Positions 40,291 through 50,105 of a DNA stretch of 60,596 nt are shown piece after piece (position 1 is the stretch's first letter; every line of letters begins with the position of its first letter). The DNA is from Clostridia bacterium (GTDB taxonomy: Bacteria > Bacillota > Clostridia > Christensenellales > UBA1242). The stretch spans positions 1-60,596 of the forward strand of contig JAFUJK010000083.1 in NCBI GenBank assembly GCA_017468205.1, written 5' to 3'. The translations under genes were made by a program, and so were the position numbers. The notes below the pieces were generated by a model. It was not told where the DNA came from and did not search any database. It worked only from the letters and a program-made list of their open reading frames with translations.

Positions 40291-41655
40291 TTAATAATAA
40301 TTGTAGTTTTTCCAAAAATCAACAGTTTTTTTATCTAAATACACCTGTGGCACAGTTTTCTCTTCAACAATTGATGCAGGTCGTTCCTTTACACCAACAA
40401 CTTTTACGCCTCTTGTTGCGTGATAGTTTACGCGCCTTAAAAATTTTCGTTCAACCAGATTTTCGCCGTCATATTTTTCGAGGATTGCACGAACTTTATA
40501 CCCTTTATGCGGTAAATTGATATAAGCACTTTCGTCAGAAAAATTCACCAAATCGCAATATTCTCCATCAACATCGACAATTACTTCATCTGCTGGTGGT
40601 GCAATTTCTTTTTCAACCTCTGTTACGCGTTTGTAAGTATAACAAGGATTTTCAGGCTTCCCGAATATTTGCACACCTACACGATTGCCCTCAACATAAG
40701 TTCGCACAAACATATCCGTATTTGTATTATTAACCCAGCGCAAGTCGGACGTGCCATAATTTACCATAGCATCAAATCCCATATTCACATACGAACTAAC
40801 GAGTGAATGGCTATGAACTTCACGAAAATCCATTCCTGCGAGCAAAAGCGCATTATATAGTGTCGTGCTTGCCTGACAAACACCGCCACCAAAACCTTCA
40901 ACATATTTCTTGTCTACGATTATATTTGCAGGTAAATATCCATTAGCATCAGAGCGCCTACCTGTTGTATTGTTGAAAGAATATTCATTTCCGCGCTCAA
41001 TTTTCATTCCGTTAAATTTTTTCATTGCGAGCGCGATGTTATGTTTGCGATTTACATTATCTTCGTTAAAACTGGTAAAAAAACTACTTCGCAAATTGGA
41101 AAAATCTTTTAAATCATTGTAAAAAATCTCGGGATTAAGAACTTGTGGCTTCAATTTAATCGTGAAATTTGCAGAAGTACGCAAATTCTCTATAATTTCA
41201 AAGCAGAGTTTTTCAACATTGATTTTATAGCCAATTTTCTCCTTTTCAAAAACAAAATAAGGTGAAATGTTAGGATTAAAATTCATTGTTGCATTTTTAG
41301 GTTTACAATCAATTTTTTGTTGCATATTTTCAAGAGTTTTTTCTAATCCCTTAAATACGTATTGTAAAGCAATTTTGGGCTCAACACCAAGAGTTAGCAC
41401 TTTTTCCAACAAATCTGCACGTTCAGAAGGAGCACCAAGTCGACCATTTTTTCCTGCTATCGAACGCAAATAGAAATTATCTATATAATCTAGATGTTTA
41501 GTTGTATAAGTGAAGGTTAAATTCTCATAAGTAAAACTCATTGTTATAAATTCGTTATCAGCATATAAAACTGACAAAGGAAGGGCTAAAAATGGTAAAA
41601 ACAGAAGAAAAATCAATGTAAAAAATATGCTTTTTGTACCTAATTTCCGCTTCAT
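40291..41655 (-). CDS. VanW family protein
   Basis: NRKHNI, SFN, GGGVCQASTTLYNA, HSHS, DAMV..DLRWVN. Confidence 0.88.
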   Translation of the reverse strand: MKRKLGTKSIFFTLIFLLFLPFLALPLSVLYADNEFITMSFTYENLTFTYTTKHLDYIDNFYLRSIAGKNGRLGAPSERADLLEKVLTLGVEPKIALQYVFKGLEKTLENMQQKIDCKPKNATMNFNPNISPYFVFEKEKIGYKINVEKLCFEIIENLRTSANFTIKLKPQVLNPEIFYNDLKDFSNLRSSFFTSFNEDNVNRKHNIALAMKKFNGMKIERGNEYSFNNTTGRRSDANGYLPANIIVDKKYVEGFGGGVCQASTTLYNALLLAGMDFREVHSHSLVSSYVNMGFDAMVNYGTSDLRWVNNTNTDMFVRTYVEGNRVGVQIFGKPENPCYTYKRVTEVEKEIAPPADEVIVDVDGEYCDLVNFSDESAYINLPHKGYKVRAILEKYDGENLVERKFLRRVNYHATRGVKVVGVKERPASIVEEKTVPQVYLDKKTVDFWKNYNYY

Positions 41656-41736
41656 TTCCCCCTCCTTACTTTGTTATATTTTGCGCAAAAATGTTAAAAA
41701 ATATACAAAAAAGAGTCCGTTAAACGAACTCTTTTA

Positions 41737-42462
41737 TTATGCCGATACAACTCCGTCAAACGATTTACTTTCAGCATCAGTTGGCTGACCGTTTTCCGAA
41801 TTTTTTCCCATTCGTGCCTGCGTGCGTTGAATCATAAGTTTTTGCTTTAAACTTACATATTTTTCTTGGGTATCTGGGATAAGATTAAGACGAGATTTTG
41901 TAAAATCAGCTGTAATAATATCCTGTGTCAACAAATCCAATAATTGTTTTTGACGATGCGCACCTATCGTTTGCAAAACCTTGAATGGAAGATTTAGAAC
42001 CATATTAGCGAGTACAAAAGTATTTAACTTTTTAAAGTCTGTCATCTTATTTCCAAGCAATTTCTTACCAACATTATCGTACCATCTATCAACCGTTGCG
42101 TCCAAATCCTCTTTGGACATAAAACTTGAACTAAAATTTGACAAAAAGTCGTGCATACACGCTTTGTTAGTTAGAACTGACTCCAATTTTTGCCTAATAA
42201 TTAAAATTGTTTGAGCGATTTCAAGCGACTTTATACCCTCTACAGCGTGAAAATCACTATTTTTAAAATCGCTTTCTTCAATATACAATTTATTAGGGGA
42301 CTTTGGTCTAATAAGAGATACTCGATTGCCATACATACCTTTGCCATAAATAAATTTCTCAAAGCAAAATCCACAAGTCAATGCATAGTCCAAATGGTCC
42401 ATAGACTGTTCATTTGTAAAAATCTTTTCAATCATATCAAAAAGGTCTCCTTGTTTTAGCAA
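41737..42462 (-). CDS. Hypothetical protein
   Basis: 241-aa ORF followed by a terminator near 41707-41735; start uncertain. Confidence 0.6.
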   Translation of the reverse strand: MLKQGDLFDMIEKIFTNEQSMDHLDYALTCGFCFEKFIYGKGMYGNRVSLIRPKSPNKLYIEESDFKNSDFHAVEGIKSLEIAQTILIIRQKLESVLTNKACMHDFLSNFSSSFMSKEDLDATVDRWYDNVGKKLLGNKMTDFKKLNTFVLANMVLNLPFKVLQTIGAHRQKQLLDLLTQDIITADFTKSRLNLIPDTQEKYVSLKQKLMIQRTQARMGKNSENGQPTDAESKSFDGVVSA

Positions 42463-42473
42463 CTATAATTAAT

Positions 42474-42779
42474 CTAGATGTCAAAACTAAAACGTTTTGA
42501 TGACAAAACGCCATCTTTCTCTTCATCGACAACAGCATCGACAAGCAAAACTATATTCTGCGCATCGGTTGAAACATCAACATATTTAGTCGCTTCTTCC
42601 ACTTCCCCATTATATTCAAGTGCGCATTTACAATAAGCTTCAAGAAAGTCTTTTGCTCTAAGAAAAGCATCCTCAACAGTTGTGCCCTCGGTACAAATAT
42701 TCAAGTCGTGGAGCACGATAGTATAGCCACGATTTTCTGCATCTTTATATAAAACAGCAGGAAAAACAAATTGTTGCAT
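42474..42779 (-). CDS. HicB-like antitoxin-domain protein (orphan)
   Basis: FVFPAVL..GYTIVLHDL..CTEGTTVEDAF.RAKDFL. Confidence 0.75.
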   Translation of the reverse strand: MQQFVFPAVLYKDAENRGYTIVLHDLNICTEGTTVEDAFLRAKDFLEAYCKCALEYNGEVEEATKYVDVSTDAQNIVLLVDAVVDEEKDGVLSSKRFSFDI

Positions 42780-42855
42780 AAGAAAATACCTCGCAAGTTT
42801 TTACTAAAAAAATTATATCATATTTAAAAAATTAAGTAAACTAAATTAAGCACCT

Positions 42856-43215
42856 TTAAGCAAAATACATCCAAGTATTAACTAAAAGCATAGCCAAATC
42901 TAGTAAAATGACAAAAATCCCCCAAATAAAGGCAAATCTACCTATTTCGGAAACTTTACGGATATTTTTCGCCATCTTTACAGCTTTACCTGCCAAGCAA
43001 ACGCCGACAACACCTACAATTAATCCAAAGCCCACCAAAATATCCAGCCATATACTTTCACCAAACGGCACAGCAAGAAAAAAGACCAGCGCCGAAGCAA
43101 TAGCTACAAGAAGCGAGCCAAGACCAATAAAAGTCCCCACTTTTGCCCAGACATCATACGACTGAAACTCGCGTTGCACTTGCGTTTTTTCTTCCAAGTA
43201 GTCAAAATAGCCCAC
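42856..43215 (-). CDS. Small three-TM membrane protein
   Basis: AAGGAGG RBS, three hydrophobic helices. Confidence 0.7.
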   Translation of the reverse strand: MGYFDYLEEKTQVQREFQSYDVWAKVGTFIGLGSLLVAIASALVFFLAVPFGESIWLDILVGFGLIVGVVGVCLAGKAVKMAKNIRKVSEIGRFAFIWGIFVILLDLAMLLVNTWMYFA

Positions 43216-43401
43216 TTCCGCACCTCCTTATTTAATAATTATAAAAAAAACAAAAAAATAAAGCAAACGATTTACTAAAAGTTTTAGCCAAAATTTAAAA
43301 AATATGAAAATTTTAACAAATTTAAACATTATTGAATATTATGATAGTGTGTTCAGGGATACATAGCCCACGGGTTATGAATAATATTAATGGAGGAATA
43401 T

Positions 43402-43722
43402 ATGTGCTGTTTTAACGACAACAAGCAAAGTTACTTTGACTACAAAAACTATGGTAGTTTTTATAACTGCGGTTATGGTTACAGTCAAAACGGAAACGGA
43501 AAGTGTCCATACTGCAATGACAAGCGTGATGACAAAAAAGAGCGTTGCGATGACCGCAAAGAATGGGACAACTGCCACAACCAAAACGGTTGGGGAAATT
43601 GTTCTCGTCCTTGCCCTGAACACAAACCTTGCTGGCAAAATCCTTGCGACAAGCCTCACCGCCCTGACAACAAGGAAGACTTTGTGCGTGTAAAATTTGA
43701 AGGCTACATCAAGTTTTGCTAA
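43402..43722 (+). CDS. Cys/Asn/Asp-rich small protein, spore-coat-like
   Basis: GGAGGA RBS before ATG 43402; about 11 Cys, low-complexity C/P/H/D/K segment. Confidence 0.55.
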   Translation: MCCFNDNKQSYFDYKNYGSFYNCGYGYSQNGNGKCPYCNDKRDDKKERCDDRKEWDNCHNQNGWGNCSRPCPEHKPCWQNPCDKPHRPDNKEDFVRVKFEGYIKFC

Positions 43723-43741
43723 CAAAAAAGGATAGATTTTT

Positions 43742-45061
43742 CTATCCCTTTTTAATTTCCCTATAAATATTATTTGCTTCCAAAATAAGCAAGTCTTTCC
43801 TATTTAACTCGGGCATTATAGCGCAACGATTAAGCAATTTATTCAAAATTTGAGAATAATATTGTTTTTCAATTTCTGGATATGTTTCACTAATATCTCT
43901 TCCATTAATATCAAGTTGTTTTAAATTAAATGGCACTTTGTCAAGTTGCATAAGTTTACTAATTTGATGCAGGCGTCCACCTAAATTAGCCAAATCACAT
44001 AACGCCAAGATTTCGGAAGAATATTTGTCTATCTTCTGTAAAAAAATGCGTCCGTGTTCTTCTGAATAAATTTCACCATGCTTAACTTTTGTATAAGCCG
44101 ACAAGATTTTAAATTGTCTTTCGCATTCTTTCTTATTTAGCATTATTCCGCCAGTACCTAATATAGCATATATAATAGAACTGCTTGGTTCAATTTTTAA
44201 ATAAGAACAAATATCTACGACGAATGCTGAAATTCTCAATGCAGGCTGGGCTGTTTTAATTAAATTTAGCCATTCGCTATTATAAAGTTTTCGCACCTCA
44301 TTTTTTCCTACTATTTGAGTAAATTTAGGTAAAACATATTCCCACGCGCCAAGTTCGCTAAACTTTTCAAGTCCCCAAATATGAGCAGTCGGATGAACAA
44401 TTGCATCATATTTATAATCAGCAAATAAAACAGAAACAATTTCCTTGTTAAATCTCTCTTGCGAAATATCTTCAAGTTGTGCAACCATTTTCTTTGCAAC
44501 ATCAAATGTATGCTGTTCAATTTCAAAATTAAGTTCACTAGCGATTCTAATTAAGCGCAAAATTCTCAAACCATCACAAGCAAAAACATACTCGGGAGTT
44601 TCAACAGTTTTTAACGCCCTGCATTTTATATCAGCAACCCCATTGTAGTAGTCAATTATTTCGCCACTCAAAACATCATAATAAATAGCATTAGCGGAAA
44701 AATCACGACGGCTCGCATCAAGAGGAATATCATCAACAAAGCGCACACTTGTTGGCGAATGCTTCCCTCCCCTTGCATAATCCTCTGCCCTAAATGTTGT
44801 ATGCTCATATTCCAAATCAGTAGATTTAACCCTAATATGCACGGTGCCCAGTTTTGGATTTACAAGTGTAACACTATATTTGCGTTTGTCAAGAATTTTC
44901 TCAATTTCGTCAGGTTTAAGACGACTACAAACATCAATATCAGTTTCACAGAAGCCCATAATTGCATTGCGAACAAAACCACCTACAATATACAACTTCG
45001 CATCATTCTTGGCAAAAATCTTTGCCAAATCTAACAAATCTTTACTTAAATTCAATTCCAT
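43742..45061 (-). CDS. cca: CCA tRNA nucleotidyltransferase
   Basis: LYIVGGFVRN, DIDV, TTFR, RRDFSANA, DGLRILR, ISQER. Confidence 0.88.
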   Translation of the reverse strand: MELNLSKDLLDLAKIFAKNDAKLYIVGGFVRNAIMGFCETDIDVCSRLKPDEIEKILDKRKYSVTLVNPKLGTVHIRVKSTDLEYEHTTFRAEDYARGGKHSPTSVRFVDDIPLDASRRDFSANAIYYDVLSGEIIDYYNGVADIKCRALKTVETPEYVFACDGLRILRLIRIASELNFEIEQHTFDVAKKMVAQLEDISQERFNKEIVSVLFADYKYDAIVHPTAHIWGLEKFSELGAWEYVLPKFTQIVGKNEVRKLYNSEWLNLIKTAQPALRISAFVVDICSYLKIEPSSSIIYAILGTGGIMLNKKECERQFKILSAYTKVKHGEIYSEEHGRIFLQKIDKYSSEILALCDLANLGGRLHQISKLMQLDKVPFNLKQLDINGRDISETYPEIEKQYYSQILNKLLNRCAIMPELNRKDLLILEANNIYREIKKG

Positions 45062-45104
45062 AAGAACTATTATAGCACAATTATTTATAAATTCAAATCA
45101 AATT

Positions 45105-45611
45105 TTAACCAAAAATCGTATTTGTCCAAAAACTTGCAAGCGTATCAAGGGCATCAAGTCTTCGGCGAATAATATTAAAAATATTTTGCCGTCGAGTAGC
45201 ATTAGTTTCCGAATACAACAATTGGACAAGCGCATCTAAAAGTTCTGTTTCCGCGCGAACATATTCACGCAACCCCGTACCAAAATTTGCAGGAAGCACA
45301 CCAGCCAAACTTGGATTACGACGAAAATTCTCTTCAATATAATACGAATTTATTTCGTTTCTATCACTGCGATTAAGCGGAATAAGACCGCAAATAAAAT
45401 CTCGAGTACTCCGATTTTGTGCCCGATTAACCAAATTGTTTAAAAGTAGTTCGTTAGTCTGCCATTCAATATTATTTGCAATTTCAATTTGTTCTGCTGT
45501 ATTAACAATATCATCAGCATCATTTTGTAAAACTGAAACATTTGTTGCATAACCTCGCCTCAATTTACGCAAACTATCTTCATTAGGTAATTGCTCGTCA
45601 TTATACTGCAT
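45105..45611 (-). CDS. Hypothetical protein
   Basis: 168-aa ORF with AGGAGG RBS. Confidence 0.65.
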   Translation of the reverse strand: MQYNDEQLPNEDSLRKLRRGYATNVSVLQNDADDIVNTAEQIEIANNIEWQTNELLLNNLVNRAQNRSTRDFICGLIPLNRSDRNEINSYYIEENFRRNPSLAGVLPANFGTGLREYVRAETELLDALVQLLYSETNATRRQNIFNIIRRRLDALDTLASFWTNTIFG

Positions 45612-45667
45612 ACACCCTCCTAATTTATGTTGTATATGATAAAAAAGATAAAAAGGTGTAGTAAAAT

Positions 45668-45832
45668 ATGAAGAAAATTAGTGCAAAAAAGTTAAACAAA
45701 CTATTAAATAAAGAAAAACGCGCAGAGCAAATTCTGCTAATCGAACGTAATAAAAATTTAGCCATAAACCTAAAAAATCTAATAAAATGCAAACAAAAAA
45801 TCGCCAATTATGAAATTGACGATACTGATTAA
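45668..45832 (+). CDS. Possible small basic protein (54 aa, absent from the ORF track)
   Basis: AAAGGTG upstream; MKKISAKKLNKLL...YEIDDTD fills the gap up to the recR stop. Confidence 0.35.
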   Translation: MKKISAKKLNKLLNKEKRAEQILLIERNKNLAINLKNLIKCKQKIANYEIDDTD

Positions 45833-46422
45833 ATTTCTCTTCTATCTTCAAGCGCTCGCGTAAGTGTAACTTCGTCAACAAACTCAATATCCGTGCCTAA
45901 ACTTACACCCTGTGCAATTCTTGTAACTTTAACACCAAGAGGTTTTAATAGATTACCGATATAAATTGCCGTTGCCTCCCCCTCGACTGTCGGGTTTGTT
46001 GCCATAATAACCTCGTGAACCCCGTCAACACTAATTCGCTCCAAAAGTTCTTTGATACGAATATCTTTTGGCGTTACATTATCAAGCGGGTTTAGCAGTC
46101 CGTGAAGGACGTGAAAAGTTCCCACATAATCAGATACTTTTTCAAGTGCCAAAATATCCTTTGGTTCAGCAACAACGCACACCACCGATTTATCCCCGCG
46201 CTTACAGACATCGCACACGTCTTTATCTGTAAAATTTCCGCAAATCCTGCAATAATGCACTGTTTCTTTTGCCTCGACCATTGATTGAGCGAAGGCGCGT
46301 ACATCAGCCTCTTTTGAATTAATTATATAATACGCATAGCGCACAGCCGTTTTTCTGCCCACCCCCGGCAAGCGAGAAAAAGACGCAACCAACTTTTCAA
46401 TAGGAAGAATAAAGTTTTTCAA
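45829..46422 (-). CDS. recR: Recombination protein RecR
   Basis: LPGVGRKTA, C4 zinc finger, Toprim EVIMATNPTVEGEATA. Confidence 0.96.
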   Translation of the reverse strand: MKNFILPIEKLVASFSRLPGVGRKTAVRYAYYIINSKEADVRAFAQSMVEAKETVHYCRICGNFTDKDVCDVCKRGDKSVVCVVAEPKDILALEKVSDYVGTFHVLHGLLNPLDNVTPKDIRIKELLERISVDGVHEVIMATNPTVEGEATAIYIGNLLKPLGVKVTRIAQGVSLGTDIEFVDEVTLTRALEDRREI

Positions 46423-46740
46423 CTAGAACATTCCCCCTAAATTTGGTGCAATTTCTGCTGTTTTCTCATCAATTTGACGATTTGCATCATTAATTGCCGC
46501 CATAATAAGGTCCTCAAGCATTTCTGCATCTTCTGGGTCGATAACCTCTGGCTTAATTTTGAGAGAAGTTATTTCACGTTTACCGTTCATCTCAACTTCA
46601 ACCATACCGCCACCTGCATTTGCATAGAAAATTGTGTTCTCAAGTTCCTCTCTATCTTGTTGCATTTGCTCCTGCATTTTTTGCGCCTGTTTCAACAAGT
46701 TTTGCATATTAGCGCCACCAAATCCGTTAAATCCTGCCAT
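46423..46740 (-). CDS. YbaB/EbfC nucleoid-associated protein
   Basis: QAQKMQ, AGGGMV, LEDLIMAAINDA; AAGGAG before ATG 46740. Confidence 0.93.
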   Translation of the reverse strand: MAGFNGFGGANMQNLLKQAQKMQEQMQQDREELENTIFYANAGGGMVEVEMNGKREITSLKIKPEVIDPEDAEMLEDLIMAAINDANRQIDEKTAEIAPNLGGMF

Positions 46741-46750
46741 AATAATCTCC

Positions 46751-47123
46751 TTATTTCTTAATTTCGACTTTGCACCCAAGAATTTCAGCAATTTTCTTTG
46801 CCTTATCCATTTTAGGCAAAGCACTGTCTGGTGTAAAGTTAATCACAACATTATAATTATAGCCGAGTTTGATAAAAGTATCAACTAAATCGCCATAGTT
46901 TTGTTGTTTTTTTAGTATTTCATAGTTTATGCTTTTATGAACATTAATAACAAAGTCGTTTTCAACGATTGCGACATCGCTTATTTCGATGCATATTGAA
47001 TGTACATTAATAATGTTATTATTCCGAAGTCCCAGCAACACTTTTCCCCATACAGAACGGCAATTAACCGCTTTTTTAGGCAAGTTTTGCTCAATTTGTT
47101 GTGTTCCTAGGCTAAGGACTAAT
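46751..47123 (-). CDS. C-terminal (tau-specific) part of DnaX in the -1 frame
   Basis: Frame is open from the A9 tract to 46751, has no convincing own RBS, and sits between dnaX and ybaB. Confidence 0.65.
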
Positions 47124-48210
47124 TTTTTTTTACTTCGTCGTCAAGAAGTCCCAACGCCGTTGTTTCAATTAATAATTGAGGGTTAAGCGAATATTTCATT
47201 TCGCTCTCTATCCTACTAAATGCTTGCATTGCATCGTTCAATTTTGATTGAGAAACTGATTGACTTAATGCTTGCATTTTTTCCAAAATTTCAGTGTTAT
47301 ACTCAACAAAACCTGTTCCACAAGTTTTAATTACAAGCAAATCTCTAAAAAATTTAGTAAGGTCATTTGCTGTTACTGTAAGATTCTTGCCTGCACCAGC
47401 CAACTCCGTGAATTCCTTGAAAAAATCATTGATACGCTGTTCTAAAATAGCACTACCAAGATTGTAGATTGTTTCGCCATCGCTTATGCCTAACACTTCA
47501 ACGGCGTCCTCATATTTTATGTCGTTATTAGAAAAACTAGCACACATATCAGCAATTGAAAGCGCATCACGCACGCTTCCTTGACCAGCCTTTGCAATCA
47601 AATTAACCGCAGTTGGTTCTGCTTTTATCTTGCTTTCGGCAAAAATACGCGTTATGAGTTCGGCGATTGTCTCCGTGCTAATAAGTTTAAAATCAAATCT
47701 TAACACACGAGAAAGAATAGTTGCAGGCAACTTGTGAACTTCTGTTGTAGCCAAAATAAACACCGCATGTGCTGGTGGCTCTTCCAAAGTTTTAAGAAGT
47801 GCATTAAATGCATTTGGCGTTAACATATGAACCTCATCAATTATGTACACCTTATACTTTCCCACGGTTGGAGGATACTTAACTTTATCTCTCAAATCGC
47901 GTATTTCCTCAACACCATTGTTGCTGGCTGCGTCAATTTCGATAATATCAATCGAATTGTTTTCCTTTAAAGTTTTACAAACCTCACATTCTCCACAAGG
48001 CGAACCATCCTTTGGGCTAACGCAATTTATTGCGCGCGCAAAAACCTTTGCAGCACTTGTTTTTCCCGTTCCACGACTTCCACAAAACAAATATGCGTGT
48101 CCAATCTGGTCGTTCTTAATCTGATTTTGCAGAGTACGAGTAACGTGTTCTTGCCCCACAATTCTATCAAAACTATTTGGTCTATATTTTCTATAAAGCG
48201 CTAAATACAT
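47119..48210 (-). CDS. dnaX: DNA polymerase III gamma/tau subunit (gamma-length, 363 aa)
   Basis: ALYRKYRP, GSRGTGKT, EIDAASNNG, IIDEVHML, LLKTLEEPP; ends GTA AAA AAA AAT TAG. Confidence 0.95.
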   Translation of the reverse strand: MYLALYRKYRPNSFDRIVGQEHVTRTLQNQIKNDQIGHAYLFCGSRGTGKTSAAKVFARAINCVSPKDGSPCGECEVCKTLKENNSIDIIEIDAASNNGVEEIRDLRDKVKYPPTVGKYKVYIIDEVHMLTPNAFNALLKTLEEPPAHAVFILATTEVHKLPATILSRVLRFDFKLISTETIAELITRIFAESKIKAEPTAVNLIAKAGQGSVRDALSIADMCASFSNNDIKYEDAVEVLGISDGETIYNLGSAILEQRINDFFKEFTELAGAGKNLTVTANDLTKFFRDLLVIKTCGTGFVEYNTEILEKMQALSQSVSQSKLNDAMQAFSRIESEMKYSLNPQLLIETTALGLLDDEVKKN

Positions 48211-48211
48211 T

Positions 48212-48832
48212 TTAATCCTCTAAAAATTTCAGTTTTGTCTTAATTCGCATAATAGCATTATCTATCGATTTTTCGTTTTTGTCAAGCGACTTTGCGATTT
48301 CTTTGTAGCTTTCGCCTCGTAAGTACTTATTTAAAACAACCAACTCAAACTCACTTAAAGTAGATTTAATTTGTTTTTCAAGTTCCTGCGTACGTTCAAT
48401 AAGTAATACTTTTTCTTCAGGAGTTAACTCCTCACTCGGCAAAACATACTCAAAGTCATCATCTTCAATTTCATCGCCGTTTTCAATCATAAGCCCACCT
48501 TGCGCACCAATGCCTATGTACTGATTTAATGGCATATTTTTTTGATTCAAACTCGAACGAACTGCTGAAATAACTTGTCTACGAATGCACGTTGTAGCAT
48601 ATTGTTCAAACGATACAGGGCTATCTAAACGATAGTTTAAAAAAGCCTTATATAGTCCAATCATTCCCTCTTGAATTAGGTCTGACGAATCTCCATTAGT
48701 CAAAAAATAACTTCGAGCAATGCGCGTAACCGTTGGTTTTAAACTTTCCATCAAACTATCAAGGGATTTCAAATCCCCAGCACGAGCTTCAAGCAACAAA
48801 AGACGTTGCTCATCAATCTTTGATTTTTCCAA
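48212..48832 (-). CDS. sigH: RNA polymerase sigma factor SigH (Spo0H)
   Basis: DLIQEGMIGLYKA, KNMPLN.Y, SYKEIA..KSIDNAIMRIK; follows mrnC-rlmB. Confidence 0.88.
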   Translation of the reverse strand: MEKSKIDEQRLLLLEARAGDLKSLDSLMESLKPTVTRIARSYFLTNGDSSDLIQEGMIGLYKAFLNYRLDSPVSFEQYATTCIRRQVISAVRSSLNQKNMPLNQYIGIGAQGGLMIENGDEIEDDDFEYVLPSEELTPEEKVLLIERTQELEKQIKSTLSEFELVVLNKYLRGESYKEIAKSLDKNEKSIDNAIMRIKTKLKFLED

Positions 48833-48834
48833 AT

Positions 48835-49554
48835 TTAACTCCTTTGGCGAACAGCCTCAAACACCGCAACACCACAAGCAACGCTTGCGTTAAGTGAATT
48901 TATATTTCCTTTCATAGGCATTGTAAGCACACCATCACACTTTTTCTTCAAAAGTTGTCCAACACCGTCCCCCTCACTTCCAATAATCAATGCAAGCGCG
49001 CCTTTGAGATTTTGTTGATAAATATTAACTCCTCCCAACTCAACCGCATACACCCATACACCAGATTCCTGCAATTTCTGCACCGTTTGGGTTAGATTTG
49101 TAACTTTACAAACGCGCATATTAGACAATGCACCCGCGCTCGTTTTTGCCACTGTGCTATTGATAGGACAAGCATTATGCTTTGGAATAATCACGCCGTG
49201 AACCCCCGCGCACTCGCAAACTCTGATAATGCTTCCCAAGTTGTGCGGGTCCTCAATACCATCTAATATCACCAAGAAAGGTTGTTCTCCCTTGCTTGAC
49301 GCATAGTCCATAATTTCATCTAATTCACTATAATTAAAATCGGCACATTCGGCAACAAAGCCTTGGTGGTGGCTATCTCCACACAATTTGGTCAAATCGT
49401 CGCGAGTCATATATTGTAATTTTATATTTTTGCGCCTTGCGATTGCCTCGACTTCACCTGTTTTGTCTTGAAATTTGTCAAGGACAAAAATTTTGTAGAT
49501 TGCCTTTTCTGCACGCAAACTTTCAACTATTGCATTTTTCCCAAAAATAATCAT
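48835..49554 (-). CDS. rlmB: 23S rRNA Gm2251 methyltransferase
   Basis: HQG, LDGIEDPHNLGSIIR, GSEG, SLNASVA. Confidence 0.92.
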   Translation of the reverse strand: MIIFGKNAIVESLRAEKAIYKIFVLDKFQDKTGEVEAIARRKNIKLQYMTRDDLTKLCGDSHHQGFVAECADFNYSELDEIMDYASSKGEQPFLVILDGIEDPHNLGSIIRVCECAGVHGVIIPKHNACPINSTVAKTSAGALSNMRVCKVTNLTQTVQKLQESGVWVYAVELGGVNIYQQNLKGALALIIGSEGDGVGQLLKKKCDGVLTMPMKGNINSLNASVACGVAVFEAVRQRS

Positions 49555-49961
49555 TCAGTTTCTCCAAAAATCATTTCTAAAATCTCGTTTAGTCTATCCA
49601 TTTTATTAGATAAATATAAGTATCCAATCAACGCTTCAAGAGCCGTGGCGCGCTTGTAGTCGGCAATTCCATAATGCTTACTTTTAGTTGCGATTGGAGC
49701 ATTTCGAGCTCTGCGAACAACACTCTGCTCACTTTCGTTTAAGGCTTCCAAAATTCTTTCAAGTGCATCACTTTGCGCCCCAGCGTTTACAAGAGTAGTG
49801 GCCATTTTGTGCAATTTATTTGGCTTTGAATTAAGTTTAGACAACTCAAATTCACGCGCGCACAAAGTATACACAGCATCTCCCACCCACGCCAATGTGC
49901 TGACAGGAATATTCAACAATTCGTTTTCTGAAAATTCTCTATATGTAAAAAACTTTTCCAT
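49551..49961 (-). CDS. mrnC: Mini-ribonuclease III
   Basis: LAWVGDAVY, RRARN, YKRATALEALIGYLYL. Confidence 0.92.
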   Translation of the reverse strand: MEKFFTYREFSENELLNIPVSTLAWVGDAVYTLCAREFELSKLNSKPNKLHKMATTLVNAGAQSDALERILEALNESEQSVVRRARNAPIATKSKHYGIADYKRATALEALIGYLYLSNKMDRLNEILEMIFGETE

Positions 49962-50105
49962 AATTTTATTGTAGCATAAATCAACATAAATTGCAATTAT
50001 TTAGGCTAATTTTCTAAAAACATAAAAACAATTTTTCGCAAAAATCAATTAATATCACATCTTCAATTTGAATATACATATCAAAAGATTTATTTGGAGT
50101 AACTG

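Noticed and set aside
40291-41655. Vancomycin resistance locus
   Set aside because: VanW-domain proteins are common in Clostridia, and no vanHAX or vanRS genes are present.
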